A DNA stretch of 64,000 bases from an uncultured Hyphomicrobiales bacterium (GCA_964620125.1 CAZUGQ010000003.1:89529-153528), one strand, 5' to 3'; positions 47,894-57,417 are shown, counted from the stretch's first letter. Program-made: numbers and translations. The notes: a model not told the origin generated them from the letters alone.

Positions 47894-49996
47894 ATGCCTA
47901 ACCTTGTCGGGTTGGCAGTTATGCTCCTCGCACTCTGCTTACCATGCTCCAGCCTCTTATCGCAGCAGCCTTCCATTCTGTTCTCGGAAGGAGTGATAAA
48001 GAATACAGGTATGATCAAGATACGCGGCGACGCAAGCTTAACACAGGATAGCATCGGTGGTGTTGTGCGCTACGAGCGCAATCATGCTGCAGATACTCAG
48101 CTTGTAGCACAGCTCACCTATGCACACATTCACTTCGAAGGTACAAGCCGAAAGATGATCCTTGACCCAACAAGGCCGCTCATCGCCGATAGCACCTTCT
48201 GGTCAGTTGCTAGAGATGTTCAACTAACTCTCAGCCCAGACACATACATCCAGGCAAATAGAACTGTACGCCACGAAGGTGTGATCAACCTCAACCTCCG
48301 CTATGGACGGTTTGTTCTTCGTGGTACGGAAAATCAAGATGTAAGTGGACAAGGTTTTATCCCGATTCTCGAGCTTGATAACCCAACGGGAGCAACAATC
48401 ACCCGAGGGGGGGGGCTGCGGGTGTACGAGCGCCTGGACTTGCAGCGAGGCCAGCTTTCCAACTCACCTGCCGACAACATTTCCGTGTTGCAGGGGGCTT
48501 GGGTTTGGCGTGATGACAGTGGCTCAATTGCCGTGGAGCCACAATGGAACACACGCCTCAACCTTCGGTATTATGGTGATAGTGCGATGCTCGGGGGGCC
48601 AGAAATGGTTCGGAACACCAACGCAATCGGTCACCTGGTGAATGACGACCTAGCCGGTCTCACCCTACCCTACACGATAACCGTTAATGACTCGCTGATT
48701 CTGCGTGGGCACATTCATACCGAGCAGGATGATGTGAACCGTCATGAATTGGTGTACAGTGCAACAATGGACCCTAACTATGTGGGGGTATGGCCAGAAG
48801 TGATCGGCACGCTTACCCGAAGTACACTGCTGGATGGTCGTACAATGAGAATGAACAACAGCTTCACGACCATCTACTTCGCGAATTCTCAAGATCGCGG
48901 CAGTGTGGTCCAATATGCAGTGCGAAGCAAACCTAAAACCACACCACTGCCACTAACGGACATTACCTATAAGGTAGACAGATTCCTGCAGCTCCAAGCA
49001 CGAGATTTTGTGGGCGACACCGTTGCTGATAGCACGTACACGCTCACGCTTGGGTATGCCTGGCGCAACCGAGAGATAGCTGGAGTGGAGCAACCGACTG
49101 TTGTGGAAACCACTGCTCCGTTGCAGGGCCTTGAAGACCAGTTGGTTCTAATGCGGTATAATGGCCTGTCATATAACCCATACGGCTTTTCGATTACGCC
49201 AACAACACCTCTACCGGATCCGCTTGAGGCGTGGCGGTACAGTACAGCAAGTTTGGTGCGTGCCGGCGGTGATTTTGCAATTGGGCTTTCAACAGGACCA
49301 ATCTGGGTGTTAAACACTCGAGTATTCCTCGAAGGTCCGATGCGCACGTATGGTGAGAACTTCACGCCAGAAATGTCGACCGATCTTGCGGCCCTCGGTC
49401 TTGTGCCCAATGTTGCCCCAGACGTATACCCGTACTCGCTCGACCCGGACAGGCTTACAGACACTGCCATCGCCATCGGAGACAGTATCGTTGACTGGGT
49501 GACCGTGGAATTTCGTACCTCGCCAACCGCCAGTGGTCCAGCAGACCTAATTGAAACCTTACTGCTCACAAAGGATGGTCGGGTGTTGGATCCGCAAACG
49601 TTACGACCCAGAATTATCGAAGGTATTCCGTCAGGCTTCTACAACATTGCTGTTCGACACCGAAATCACTTGGCTGTCATCACTGAGCAAAAGGTGTTGG
49701 TAGACAGATCCAACCTCGGGTATGTGGTGGACCTTACAACCGGCACTGGCATGTTCGGTGGAGCCGCTTCGCAAAAGCTGATTGGAACGGCAAACGGACG
49801 GCGGTGGTTTGGCTTGATCGCTGGAGAGGTAGAGGGGGGGGACGAAATACTCCGCTCCGACTACAACCTTGTTTGGGATGCCAGAAATCTGGAAGGCTAC
49901 CTGATCACAGACACCGACTTGAACGGCATCGTGACTACACGGGATGTGAACGTAACATGGAACAATCGGGAGCGCAGCAGTGTGGCCCCGAGATAA
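47894..49996 (+). CDS. large secreted protein of unknown function (paralog of the 45687 gene)
   Basis: ORF 47807 trimmed to MPNLVGLAVMLLALCLPCSSLLSQQ. Contains G9 and G8 homopolymer tracts (~48404, ~49833) encoding Gly runs. Confidence 0.6.
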   Translation: MPNLVGLAVMLLALCLPCSSLLSQQPSILFSEGVIKNTGMIKIRGDASLTQDSIGGVVRYERNHAADTQLVAQLTYAHIHFEGTSRKMILDPTRPLIADSTFWSVARDVQLTLSPDTYIQANRTVRHEGVINLNLRYGRFVLRGTENQDVSGQGFIPILELDNPTGATITRGGGLRVYERLDLQRGQLSNSPADNISVLQGAWVWRDDSGSIAVEPQWNTRLNLRYYGDSAMLGGPEMVRNTNAIGHLVNDDLAGLTLPYTITVNDSLILRGHIHTEQDDVNRHELVYSATMDPNYVGVWPEVIGTLTRSTLLDGRTMRMNNSFTTIYFANSQDRGSVVQYAVRSKPKTTPLPLTDITYKVDRFLQLQARDFVGDTVADSTYTLTLGYAWRNREIAGVEQPTVVETTAPLQGLEDQLVLMRYNGLSYNPYGFSITPTTPLPDPLEAWRYSTASLVRAGGDFAIGLSTGPIWVLNTRVFLEGPMRTYGENFTPEMSTDLAALGLVPNVAPDVYPYSLDPDRLTDTAIAIGDSIVDWVTVEFRTSPTASGPADLIETLLLTKDGRVLDPQTLRPRIIEGIPSGFYNIAVRHRNHLAVITEQKVLVDRSNLGYVVDLTTGTGMFGGAASQKLIGTANGRRWFGLIAGEVEGGDEILRSDYNLVWDARNLEGYLITDTDLNGIVTTRDVNVTWNNRERSSVAPR

Positions 49997-51305
49997 TTAC
50001 CGGCCTTATAGAACACAGCGTGTTTTAACAGCTCTGGGTTGCTTGGTGTTCCTTGCCGGACTTGTTCGTGCTCAGGTAGACGGCCGTATCGTCGTGCGGC
50101 CGATGTTGGATCCAGCATACGGGCGATTTACCTTCGACCTTACCATCAGGCGAGAGAGTTCGCGGTGGACGTATCTGGCTAATACGACCATACGGCTTGA
50201 AAGCGTTGACCTTGATCCAACCGGCGGATTCAATCCTGCAGTTCATCAGATCACATTTGTTCCTGATAGCAGCGATCTAAACCTTGTTCCATACAACGCG
50301 CCATCAATGGATGGGTACTATGTTGACTATGGCATGGTGAATGGTGACCTTGTGGTGCACGTGCTAGGTCCGGACAGTGTGCAGAATGCTCACGATATGA
50401 CCAGTACGCTCGATTCCGCTCGAGTTGGCCGATTCATCATCGAGAGCAATGACGGCTCGTATGTGCCTGAACAGCTGCGCATGGCTCAGCCCCTTGACTA
50501 CTATCAGGCAACGGCGTTCAAGATTGACCATGACAGCGTAACGGGTACGGGCTTCGACCGGAACGTCTGGTTTAACAAGCACGACAACCCACCACTCGTC
50601 ATGGCATTTGATGAGCTGCCACCCCCACCGGACACCTGTGGAGCCATTTTTAACTTCTATGGATCCTACGTTGGTGATCTGAGAGTAATGCTTGGCTTCG
50701 ACGTTACGGACGAACACTGCTATGAAGGTTTCATCATCGAACGTGCCTTAGTTGATCGGACACAACCTGACGTTCTGGACTTTCAGGGCAGACCGCAGTT
50801 AACCTATCTCAATGAACCCCGCTTGTTAAGCTGTTTGTGCCTCGAGCCACAAGTGCATGACAGTTTGTTCGACGAAGTAGAATTCAGACGTGAGATTTAT
50901 GCCTATCGCCTGATTGGCAAACGGTTGCCATTTTACGGTGACTCAAATGAAGTGATTGACACGATTTTTCTTCGAATTCCCAATGCGATCATCTCCAACG
51001 CTCGCATACTTGAGAATCCGTTCAAGGACGTAACCACCATTCGGTTCAATGCCGATGATCGGTTACGACTCGATGCAAAAGTGTTTGATCTTGGTGGACG
51101 CCTGATCGGATACCTGGAGAATGAGAAGGGGCAACCAGCGGAAAACATGGAGTATCCGCTTGGAATAGGATATGAGTTGAAATTCAATGCTCCCGACATA
51201 GCATCGCAAGGGCTGTACAACATCCTACTGGTAGGTACACCAGTTGATGATGAAAGTGTGGCGGAGGGTAGTCGAGTGATCATCAAGGCGCAGCTTCTAC
51301 GATGA
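49980..51305 (+). CDS. secreted protein with type-A T9SS C-terminal sorting domain
   Basis: Signal peptide ...VLTALGCLVFLAGLVRAQ. C-terminal ~90 aa ILENPFKDVTTIRFNADDRLRLDAKVFDLGGRLIGYLEN...GLYNILLVG...RVIIKAQLLR fits the T9SS CTD pattern. Confidence 0.7.
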   Translation: MWPRDNYRPYRTQRVLTALGCLVFLAGLVRAQVDGRIVVRPMLDPAYGRFTFDLTIRRESSRWTYLANTTIRLESVDLDPTGGFNPAVHQITFVPDSSDLNLVPYNAPSMDGYYVDYGMVNGDLVVHVLGPDSVQNAHDMTSTLDSARVGRFIIESNDGSYVPEQLRMAQPLDYYQATAFKIDHDSVTGTGFDRNVWFNKHDNPPLVMAFDELPPPPDTCGAIFNFYGSYVGDLRVMLGFDVTDEHCYEGFIIERALVDRTQPDVLDFQGRPQLTYLNEPRLLSCLCLEPQVHDSLFDEVEFRREIYAYRLIGKRLPFYGDSNEVIDTIFLRIPNAIISNARILENPFKDVTTIRFNADDRLRLDAKVFDLGGRLIGYLENEKGQPAENMEYPLGIGYELKFNAPDIASQGLYNILLVGTPVDDESVAEGSRVIIKAQLLR

Positions 51306-52108
51306 GACCTCTGTTTACCATCGGACTGATCATCATGTGCAGTGCCTTCACAGCAAGTGGACAGATAAGTCAGACTGGGACGGATGAAGGCCTGCAGTAT
51401 CCTCTTGATACGCTCGTGCGAAAGCATGAATGGTGGCTTGGCATCGGAGGCAGTGCGTACTACGCGATGAATTATGGTACCCTGACTGTTGACATCCTGG
51501 GAGGTACCGCACCAAATAGCCCGTCCTTCACCGTTCAGCCATCCGGTGGGTATGGCTATGGGGCCGGATTCGGGCCAGTGGTGGAGTTTCGGCCGATTTT
51601 TTCCCAGTTGGGTTTCCTGTTAACAACGAATGCTGAGTGGCGCTGGGCAACTGCACAAACTGAGGTGCCAATAGCATCTGATATCTTTGCGTACAACGCG
51701 GTATTTGAAGCTCAGTCGCAAGTGTTGTATCTAGCAACCTCGTTCTCAGTGAAAGCCCAGATTGGAGTAACCGGATTGTTTGCCATGGCGGGTATTACTG
51801 CAGATGTTCCACTATCGACGCAGGAAACCTATGTATGGCAACACGAGATTTGGGAAGGCGAGCCACCAAGCAACCTTCCCGGAGCTCCGCAAACAAGCAT
51901 TAAATGGCAAACCCAGGTAGAGTACAGTCCGCGGTTGGGATTGCAAGTCGGAATTGGCCACGACTTTTTGGCTGGTATGTTTGGATATCGAGAACAGTTG
52001 GTAACGCCTTATCTGGTTATTCAGGGAGCAACACCGGCGGTGTTCGAGCCAAGTGCATGGAATAGCATCAGTGCCCGTCTAGGCTTTTTGTGGCGAGCGG
52101 GCTTGTAG
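51302..52108 (+). CDS. signal-peptide protein, putative outer-membrane beta-barrel partner of the upstream T9SS cargo (possibly PorP/SprF-like)
   Basis: MRPLFTIGLIIMCSAFTASGQ signal. Alternating amphipathic beta-strand-like segments with aromatic girdle residues; ends ...ARLGFLWRAGL. Start overlaps the cargo-gene stop (ATGA). Confidence 0.45.
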   Translation: MRPLFTIGLIIMCSAFTASGQISQTGTDEGLQYPLDTLVRKHEWWLGIGGSAYYAMNYGTLTVDILGGTAPNSPSFTVQPSGGYGYGAGFGPVVEFRPIFSQLGFLLTTNAEWRWATAQTEVPIASDIFAYNAVFEAQSQVLYLATSFSVKAQIGVTGLFAMAGITADVPLSTQETYVWQHEIWEGEPPSNLPGAPQTSIKWQTQVEYSPRLGLQVGIGHDFLAGMFGYREQLVTPYLVIQGATPAVFEPSAWNSISARLGFLWRAGL

Positions 52109-52124
52109 AAAATCGCACTCCTTT

Positions 52125-52257
52125 TACCACTCGTGCGAATTGAGGTCAGCCAACGAGCCCCGGTTTTCGGACCGGGGCCCTGCGGCAGGGGAGCCACCAG
52201 TGGTTGTGCGAATTGAGGTCACAGTGAGCCCCGGGCAACCGGGGTTTGCTGTTTTAA
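52125..52257. terminator. duplicated ~75-bp module, each copy with motif GTGCGAATTGAGGTCA and a GCCCCGG...CCGGGGC hairpin; second hairpin followed by TTTGCTGTTTT
   Basis: Direct reading: copy 1 at 52127-52180 (hairpin GCCCCGGTTTTCGGACCGGGGC); copy 2 at 52200-52256 (hairpin GCCCCGGGCAACCGGGG + T-rich tail). It lies between convergent genes. Confidence 0.5.
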
Positions 52258-52267
52258 GCTTGGGTTG

Positions 52268-54310
52268 TTATGCCGATGGCATTTTCAAGGCGAAGATTGC
52301 GCCAGGTCCATCATGATCCACATACTCAATGGTTGCATTCATGCGTTGCGCCATGCGTTTTACTAGGTACAGTCCAAGCCCAATACTGTCCTCACCCCCT
52401 GTTGGGCGAGCACTCAAGCGAGCATACTTGGTGAAGAGTTTTGCGCGCTCAGCAGCAGGTACTCCCGGACCCGCATCTTGCACATGAACGGCAACTTCCT
52501 TGTTCTCCGTGAACACCGTGATTGTGATGGTGCTGTCGCGTGGACTATACTTAATGGCATTCGATATCAGATTATCCAAAACAGCATCAACGATTGAGTG
52601 GTCGGCGTAAGCCCACGCCTCGCCGGTACTTTTTACAAGGATGTTAATCTTCTTTGAGTAGGCTCTAGCTTCATAGCGCTCAACGGCACGATGCGCCATG
52701 TGCACGATATCCAGTTTGTCCAGACTTAAACCATTGCTTCTCCTATCCGTGCGGCTTACTTCAAGAAAGGCATGCACCGTGGCGATCATTCGCGTTACAG
52801 CTGATAGGAGTTCTTTGCAAACATCCAACACATCGTCGCGTCCAAGAACATCATAGTGTGCGATGATGCTTTGCAGCATGGTGCGCATGTCGGCCAGTGG
52901 ATTGCGTAGGTCGTGAGCAGCGATTGCCATGAACTCATCTTTCTCAGTTGCCAATTCCGAAAGCTCCTTGTTCATGCGAGTGAGCTTTTCGTTGGCCGCA
53001 ACCAGTTCCACATTTCTCAGGCGTTGTATTTCATCTTCCTTTTCTTTTCTGTCCTTTTCACGTGCCGCCTGTAACCGACGCATGCGTGTTTCCATGCTGT
53101 CTGCATGCTGTTGTGTGTAAGCCGATGCCCATGCAGACATCAGCTCATATGCTTCACGTGTAGCGCCAACGCCTGCTTGCGCTCGGGCGAGTTCAGAAAA
53201 CGCACGTAACGTGTCAACATGTGCTTGCACGGCAGCCAGGTAATCGCGCGCCTTCGTAAGTACTGAAATGGCCTCCTTGTATTTCCCTTGATCGTTGTAC
53301 ATTCTACCGAGTACCAGAAGCCAATGCCCACAGGCATACCTATCCCCTTCCATTTCACTGATTGATAGGGCTTCATTCAACAGTGGCTCTGCCTTTTCGT
53401 ACTCCTGTTGACTCACATACATCTGCCCGAGGTTTCCCAGAACCTTACTGCGAATGCTTTCAAATGGATAGCGCTCAAGGTAGGTTTTTGCATCGAGCAA
53501 GGAACTGATTTGAGCCGTTTTGTCGCCCAGTGATTCAAAGATCGAGGCAGCATTGCTCTTTACTATAGCAATGACCATTTGTACTGCCGATTCTATTGCA
53601 GCTGCAGTGCTTTCCTCGAAGTATCGAAGTGCCTCGTCTCTGTTTCCACGCCGAGCATGCAGTTGAGCCAGGTGGGATGCAGATTGTGCCAATCCACTCA
53701 TGTTTCGATAATCACGTTCGATATTGTAGCACTTACTGAAATATTCCAGTGCACGCGCATCATCGTCACGGCGCATACAGAACTCAGCGTAATTATAATA
53801 CACCGTAGCAAGGCCAAGGGGATCGCCAATGGCCTCGCGTAACTCAAGTGCTGCCTGATAGCTCTGGTCGGCCCTGTCCGTTTCGCCGAGTGAGTCCAAT
53901 ATGCCTGCTCGCAGCGTCTGCAAACGAGCAGCAACCAATTTGTTGTTTACCTCACCTACCTTCTCATACGGCTCAAGTACCGTGAGAGCCTCCCGCAGGC
54001 GGCGTTGCCGCATAAGAATTGCAGCGTGTGTATATGCAATCCACGCTTGAGCTGAATAATTGTCTCCTGCGCAGGCTCGGGCTTTATTAAGCCATTCGTA
54101 GCTACTGTCGAATTCGGCGTAGTTGTGAAAGTGCAGAGCAAGAACGCAGTAGAACTCGGTTTTCAGTTCAACATCACTACATGACTCGGCAGCCGATGCG
54201 GCCAGTTCACGAGCGTTTCGGATTCGCTCCGATGATGGGTTGGTGATCAGGTCACGGCGAACGGTGGCCAAGACGGCACTATAGTCCGAGGGTTGATTGA
54301 GTTCTATCAT
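52268..54310 (-). CDS. cytoplasmic TPR-repeat sensor histidine kinase (TPR x ~8, coiled coil, HisKA, HATPase_c)
   Basis: C-terminal H-box IAAHDLRNPL, N-box ISNAIKYSP, G1 DAGPGV, G2 GLGLYLV. The N-terminal two-thirds are TPR-like (YELMSAWASAY, ALRYFEEST...). Start placed at MIELNQ within ORF 52268..54364. Confidence 0.75.
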   Translation of the reverse strand: MIELNQPSDYSAVLATVRRDLITNPSSERIRNARELAASAAESCSDVELKTEFYCVLALHFHNYAEFDSSYEWLNKARACAGDNYSAQAWIAYTHAAILMRQRRLREALTVLEPYEKVGEVNNKLVAARLQTLRAGILDSLGETDRADQSYQAALELREAIGDPLGLATVYYNYAEFCMRRDDDARALEYFSKCYNIERDYRNMSGLAQSASHLAQLHARRGNRDEALRYFEESTAAAIESAVQMVIAIVKSNAASIFESLGDKTAQISSLLDAKTYLERYPFESIRSKVLGNLGQMYVSQQEYEKAEPLLNEALSISEMEGDRYACGHWLLVLGRMYNDQGKYKEAISVLTKARDYLAAVQAHVDTLRAFSELARAQAGVGATREAYELMSAWASAYTQQHADSMETRMRRLQAAREKDRKEKEDEIQRLRNVELVAANEKLTRMNKELSELATEKDEFMAIAAHDLRNPLADMRTMLQSIIAHYDVLGRDDVLDVCKELLSAVTRMIATVHAFLEVSRTDRRSNGLSLDKLDIVHMAHRAVERYEARAYSKKINILVKSTGEAWAYADHSIVDAVLDNLISNAIKYSPRDSTITITVFTENKEVAVHVQDAGPGVPAAERAKLFTKYARLSARPTGGEDSIGLGLYLVKRMAQRMNATIEYVDHDGPGAIFALKMPSA

Positions 54311-54446
54311 CGAAAAACACGTTGCTAAGTTGCAAGAGCAATTTACGGAGGTATACACCCCCAACTCATGCCGGCATGGGCAAGGAAAGCTTACTATATT
54401 GCGCCGCTTTTCGAGGTACCTTCTTCAGCATGGAAAACACTCGCGT

Positions 54447-55979
54447 ATGGGCGTTGTAGCACTGTTGTGTACGTTGTTCGCACCACTGGTGGGTGCGGCA
54501 GCGGTGGTATTAACGGAGAAGGATCAGGAGCGTGCCATCCGCATTACTGCACTGGTCAGTGCTATCGGTACGTTCATCGCTTCGCTGTTTCTCCTACCCG
54601 AGTTTGATCTTGGATCATCAGCCATGCAGTTCATGGTAAACATGCCATGGATCACGCAACTGGATGCCGGTTTTCGAATTGGGATCGATGGCACCAGTTT
54701 GCTCCTTGTGCTTCTTACCACCCTCATCATGCCGATTGCCCTGCTGGCAAGCTGGCAAAGCATCACCCATCGCGTTAAGGAATATCATGCCTTGATGCTA
54801 CTTCTGCAGTTCGGGATGACCGGAGTGTTCATTGCTCTCGACACATTTCTATTCTATGTGTTCTGGGAGCTGATCCTGATACCGATGGTATTCATCATTG
54901 GTATCTGGGGCGGGAAAGACAAGGTGTACGCTGCCATCAAGTTTTTCCTGTACACCCTCGTAGGTTCTCTGCTGATGCTTGTGGCCATTTTGTGGCTAGG
55001 ATTTGCTGCCGAAGCACAGGGTTTGGGTTTTACAGCCGATCTCATGAAGCTGCGAATGGTTGGGCCTGCAATCCCAATGTCTATCCAGCTTTGGTTGTTT
55101 CTGGCCTTTGCTTTGAGCTTTTGTATCAAGGTACCGCTCTTCCCATTTCACACATGGCTGCCTGATGCACACGTTCAGGCACCAACGGCGGGATCCGTAG
55201 TGCTTGCCTCTGTACTGCTCAAAATGGGAACGTACGGCTTGATCCGTTTCAATCTTGAGTTGTTTCCTCAGGCATCGGCTGAACTTGCAGGGCCTATCTG
55301 CGTCCTTGCCGTGATTGGAATTATCTATGGCGCACTGGTTGCCATGGTGCAAACCGACGTGAAGAAGCTCGTTGCCTACTCCTCGGTGAGCCACATGGGT
55401 TTTGTTGTCCTTGGCATCTTCTCACTCACTGTTGAAGGTGTGCAAGGGGCTGTGATTCAGATGGTAAACCACGGACTCAGTACAGGCGCACTGTTCCTTT
55501 GTGTTGGAGTGTTGTATGAAAGGCGCCATACTCGCGAGATAGCCGACTACGGTGGCGTTACCAACGTGATGCCTCGGTTTGCCGTACTGTTTGCGATTGC
55601 AATGTTCGCATCAGTTGGTTTACCCGGCCTGAATGGATTCGTTGGCGAGTACCTCACGTTGCTTGGAGCCTTCCAGAGCCCCTTCCTGAACAACTGGACC
55701 TATGCCATCGTGAGCGCGAGCGGCGTGATTTTCGCTGCTGTGTATCTGCTCTGGATGTTCCAACGAGTGATGTTCGGCAAGAATGAGAATCCCGCAAACC
55801 ATCATCTAAGAGATCTGAACAAGCTTGAGTATTGGCAGCTGGTGCCTCTCACGATTATGATGATCTGGATTGGCGTGGCACCGCGAACGTTTATGGATTT
55901 GTCCGAACAAAGCATACGTAAGGTGGTCTCCACAGTGGAGCACATCAGGTTTGGAAGCACTGCACACAACATCCGCTGA
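54447..55979 (+). CDS. nuoM: NADH-quinone oxidoreductase subunit M (complex I antiporter-like subunit)
   Basis: ORF 54297 trimmed to MGVVALLCTLFAPLV. 14-TM protein with FYVFWELILIPM, HTWLPDAH and LKKLVAYSSVSHMGFV motifs. Confidence 0.85.
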   Translation: MGVVALLCTLFAPLVGAAAVVLTEKDQERAIRITALVSAIGTFIASLFLLPEFDLGSSAMQFMVNMPWITQLDAGFRIGIDGTSLLLVLLTTLIMPIALLASWQSITHRVKEYHALMLLLQFGMTGVFIALDTFLFYVFWELILIPMVFIIGIWGGKDKVYAAIKFFLYTLVGSLLMLVAILWLGFAAEAQGLGFTADLMKLRMVGPAIPMSIQLWLFLAFALSFCIKVPLFPFHTWLPDAHVQAPTAGSVVLASVLLKMGTYGLIRFNLELFPQASAELAGPICVLAVIGIIYGALVAMVQTDVKKLVAYSSVSHMGFVVLGIFSLTVEGVQGAVIQMVNHGLSTGALFLCVGVLYERRHTREIADYGGVTNVMPRFAVLFAIAMFASVGLPGLNGFVGEYLTLLGAFQSPFLNNWTYAIVSASGVIFAAVYLLWMFQRVMFGKNENPANHHLRDLNKLEYWQLVPLTIMMIWIGVAPRTFMDLSEQSIRKVVSTVEHIRFGSTAHNIR

Positions 55980-55980
55980 T

Positions 55981-57417
55981 ATGCAGATAGACTTTTTTGG
56001 CGCCCTGCCGCTCGTTGTGATCTGGCTTGCCTTGGGAGCCATTGGTATCGTTATCCAAGCTTTTGTGAAGGGTGATTCGAAGCTTGTATACGGATACTAT
56101 CTGGCAACACTTACCGCTACAGGCGTTCTGGCAATCGCCACCATGTGGCATCGCGGAGCAACCTTTCACAACATGATTACGCTTGGTGGTACGGCGGCAT
56201 ATTTCGACCTGCTGTTCTGTACTGCCGGCATCCTTGCCATGCTTGCCGCACGAGACTATCTCGAACGGTGGCACAGCGGGTATGATGAGTTCTACACCAT
56301 GCTTGTAAGCAGCGTGGCTGGTATGATGCTCATGGCACATGCACGCAACCTACTTGTGCTGTTTGTTGGCGTGGAACTAATGTCCATCAGCTTCTACATC
56401 ATGGCGGGATTCCTACGCCACCGATCGCGAAGCGTGGAGAGCGCGATGAAATACTTTCTGCTGGGCGCGTTTGCCAGCGGTTTCCTGGCGTATGGAATGG
56501 CCCTGTTGTATGGAGCAACGGGATCATTCGACTATGATCGTATCCTAGGTGTTGTTGCGTCGGGCACGAGCGCATACCCAGCACTCCTTGCCATTGGGGC
56601 AGTGCTTTTGGCGGTCGGCCTGTCCTTTAAAATTGCTGCCTTCCCATTTCATCAGTGGGCACCAGACGTATATGAAGGCGCACCTACAGTGGTTACGTCA
56701 TTCATGAGCACGGCCGGCAAAGCAGCTGCGTTTGCGGCAATCGTGCCTGTGTTTACCGTACTCATGCCCATGGTGCAGACGGCACCTCTTACGCCAGGAC
56801 TGCAAACAATGTTGGCTGTGATCTCGGCCATCACCATGCTTGTTGGTAACATCACGGCCGTTGCACAGACAAACATCAAGCGCATGCTGGCCTACTCGTC
56901 CGTGGCACATGCAGGATATCTGCTCATGGGTGTTGTTGCAGGCACTGCGCATGGCCAGGAGGCAGTCATCTTCTACCTCACGGCATACACCTTCATGCAG
57001 CTTGGTGCCTTTGTCGTAGTCGGTTTGCTAGAGAAGGAAGAAGCGGATTCGCTGGAACTCTCCTGGTATGCTGGACTGTCGAAACGCCACCCGGCCTTGG
57101 CGGCGGTTATGGCTGTGTTCATGTTTTCGCTTGCGGGCATACCTCCCTTTGCCGGATTCTTCGGAAAGTATCTTCTGTTTCTATCAGCCGTGGAAAGCGG
57201 CTTCACATGGCTAACGATCGTTGCTGTTGTTTCGTCGGTGATCTCTGTATGGTTCTACCTGGGCCTCATCGTGAAAATGTACTTCCAGGAGAGTCAGGTG
57301 GAAGTCTCTCCAGCACCGGCTGGCCTGGCTGGTGTGGCTATCGCCGTATGCACCATTGCCAGCATTGGCTTGGGTATACTACCAATGCTTGTTGTGAACC
57401 TGGTCTCCACATGGTAG
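55981..57417 (+). CDS. nuoN: NADH-quinone oxidoreductase subunit N
   Basis: MQIDFFGALPLVVIWL..., FHQWAPDVYEGAPT, KRMLAYSSVAHAGY. ATG 2 nt after the nuoM stop. Confidence 0.85.
   Translation: MQIDFFGALPLVVIWLALGAIGIVIQAFVKGDSKLVYGYYLATLTATGVLAIATMWHRGATFHNMITLGGTAAYFDLLFCTAGILAMLAARDYLERWHSGYDEFYTMLVSSVAGMMLMAHARNLLVLFVGVELMSISFYIMAGFLRHRSRSVESAMKYFLLGAFASGFLAYGMALLYGATGSFDYDRILGVVASGTSAYPALLAIGAVLLAVGLSFKIAAFPFHQWAPDVYEGAPTVVTSFMSTAGKAAAFAAIVPVFTVLMPMVQTAPLTPGLQTMLAVISAITMLVGNITAVAQTNIKRMLAYSSVAHAGYLLMGVVAGTAHGQEAVIFYLTAYTFMQLGAFVVVGLLEKEEADSLELSWYAGLSKRHPALAAVMAVFMFSLAGIPPFAGFFGKYLLFLSAVESGFTWLTIVAVVSSVISVWFYLGLIVKMYFQESQVEVSPAPAGLAGVAIAVCTIASIGLGILPMLVVNLVSTW

Noticed and set aside
48400-48412. 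G9 homopolymer (and G8 at ~49833) inside the 47894 gene as phase-variation tracts
   Set aside because: G8 runs encoding Gly-Gly-Gly also occur in housekeeping genes here (sufS ~24054, sod ~28311). They look like a genomic codon-usage feature rather than a contingency signal; I retain only a low suspicion.
30086-52108. Prophage or contractile-injection-system tail-fibre cassette
   Set aside because: Despite tail-fibre-like motifs, there are no sheath, tube, baseplate, capsid, terminase or integrase genes in or beside the array, and all products carry Sec signal peptides.
54297-54446. Upstream 50 codons of the nuoM ORF (MSSIIEKHVAKLQEQ...)
   Set aside because: Overlaps the 5' end of the divergent histidine kinase gene and is hydrophilic. 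NuoM-like hydrophobic N-terminus begins at the ATG at 54447.
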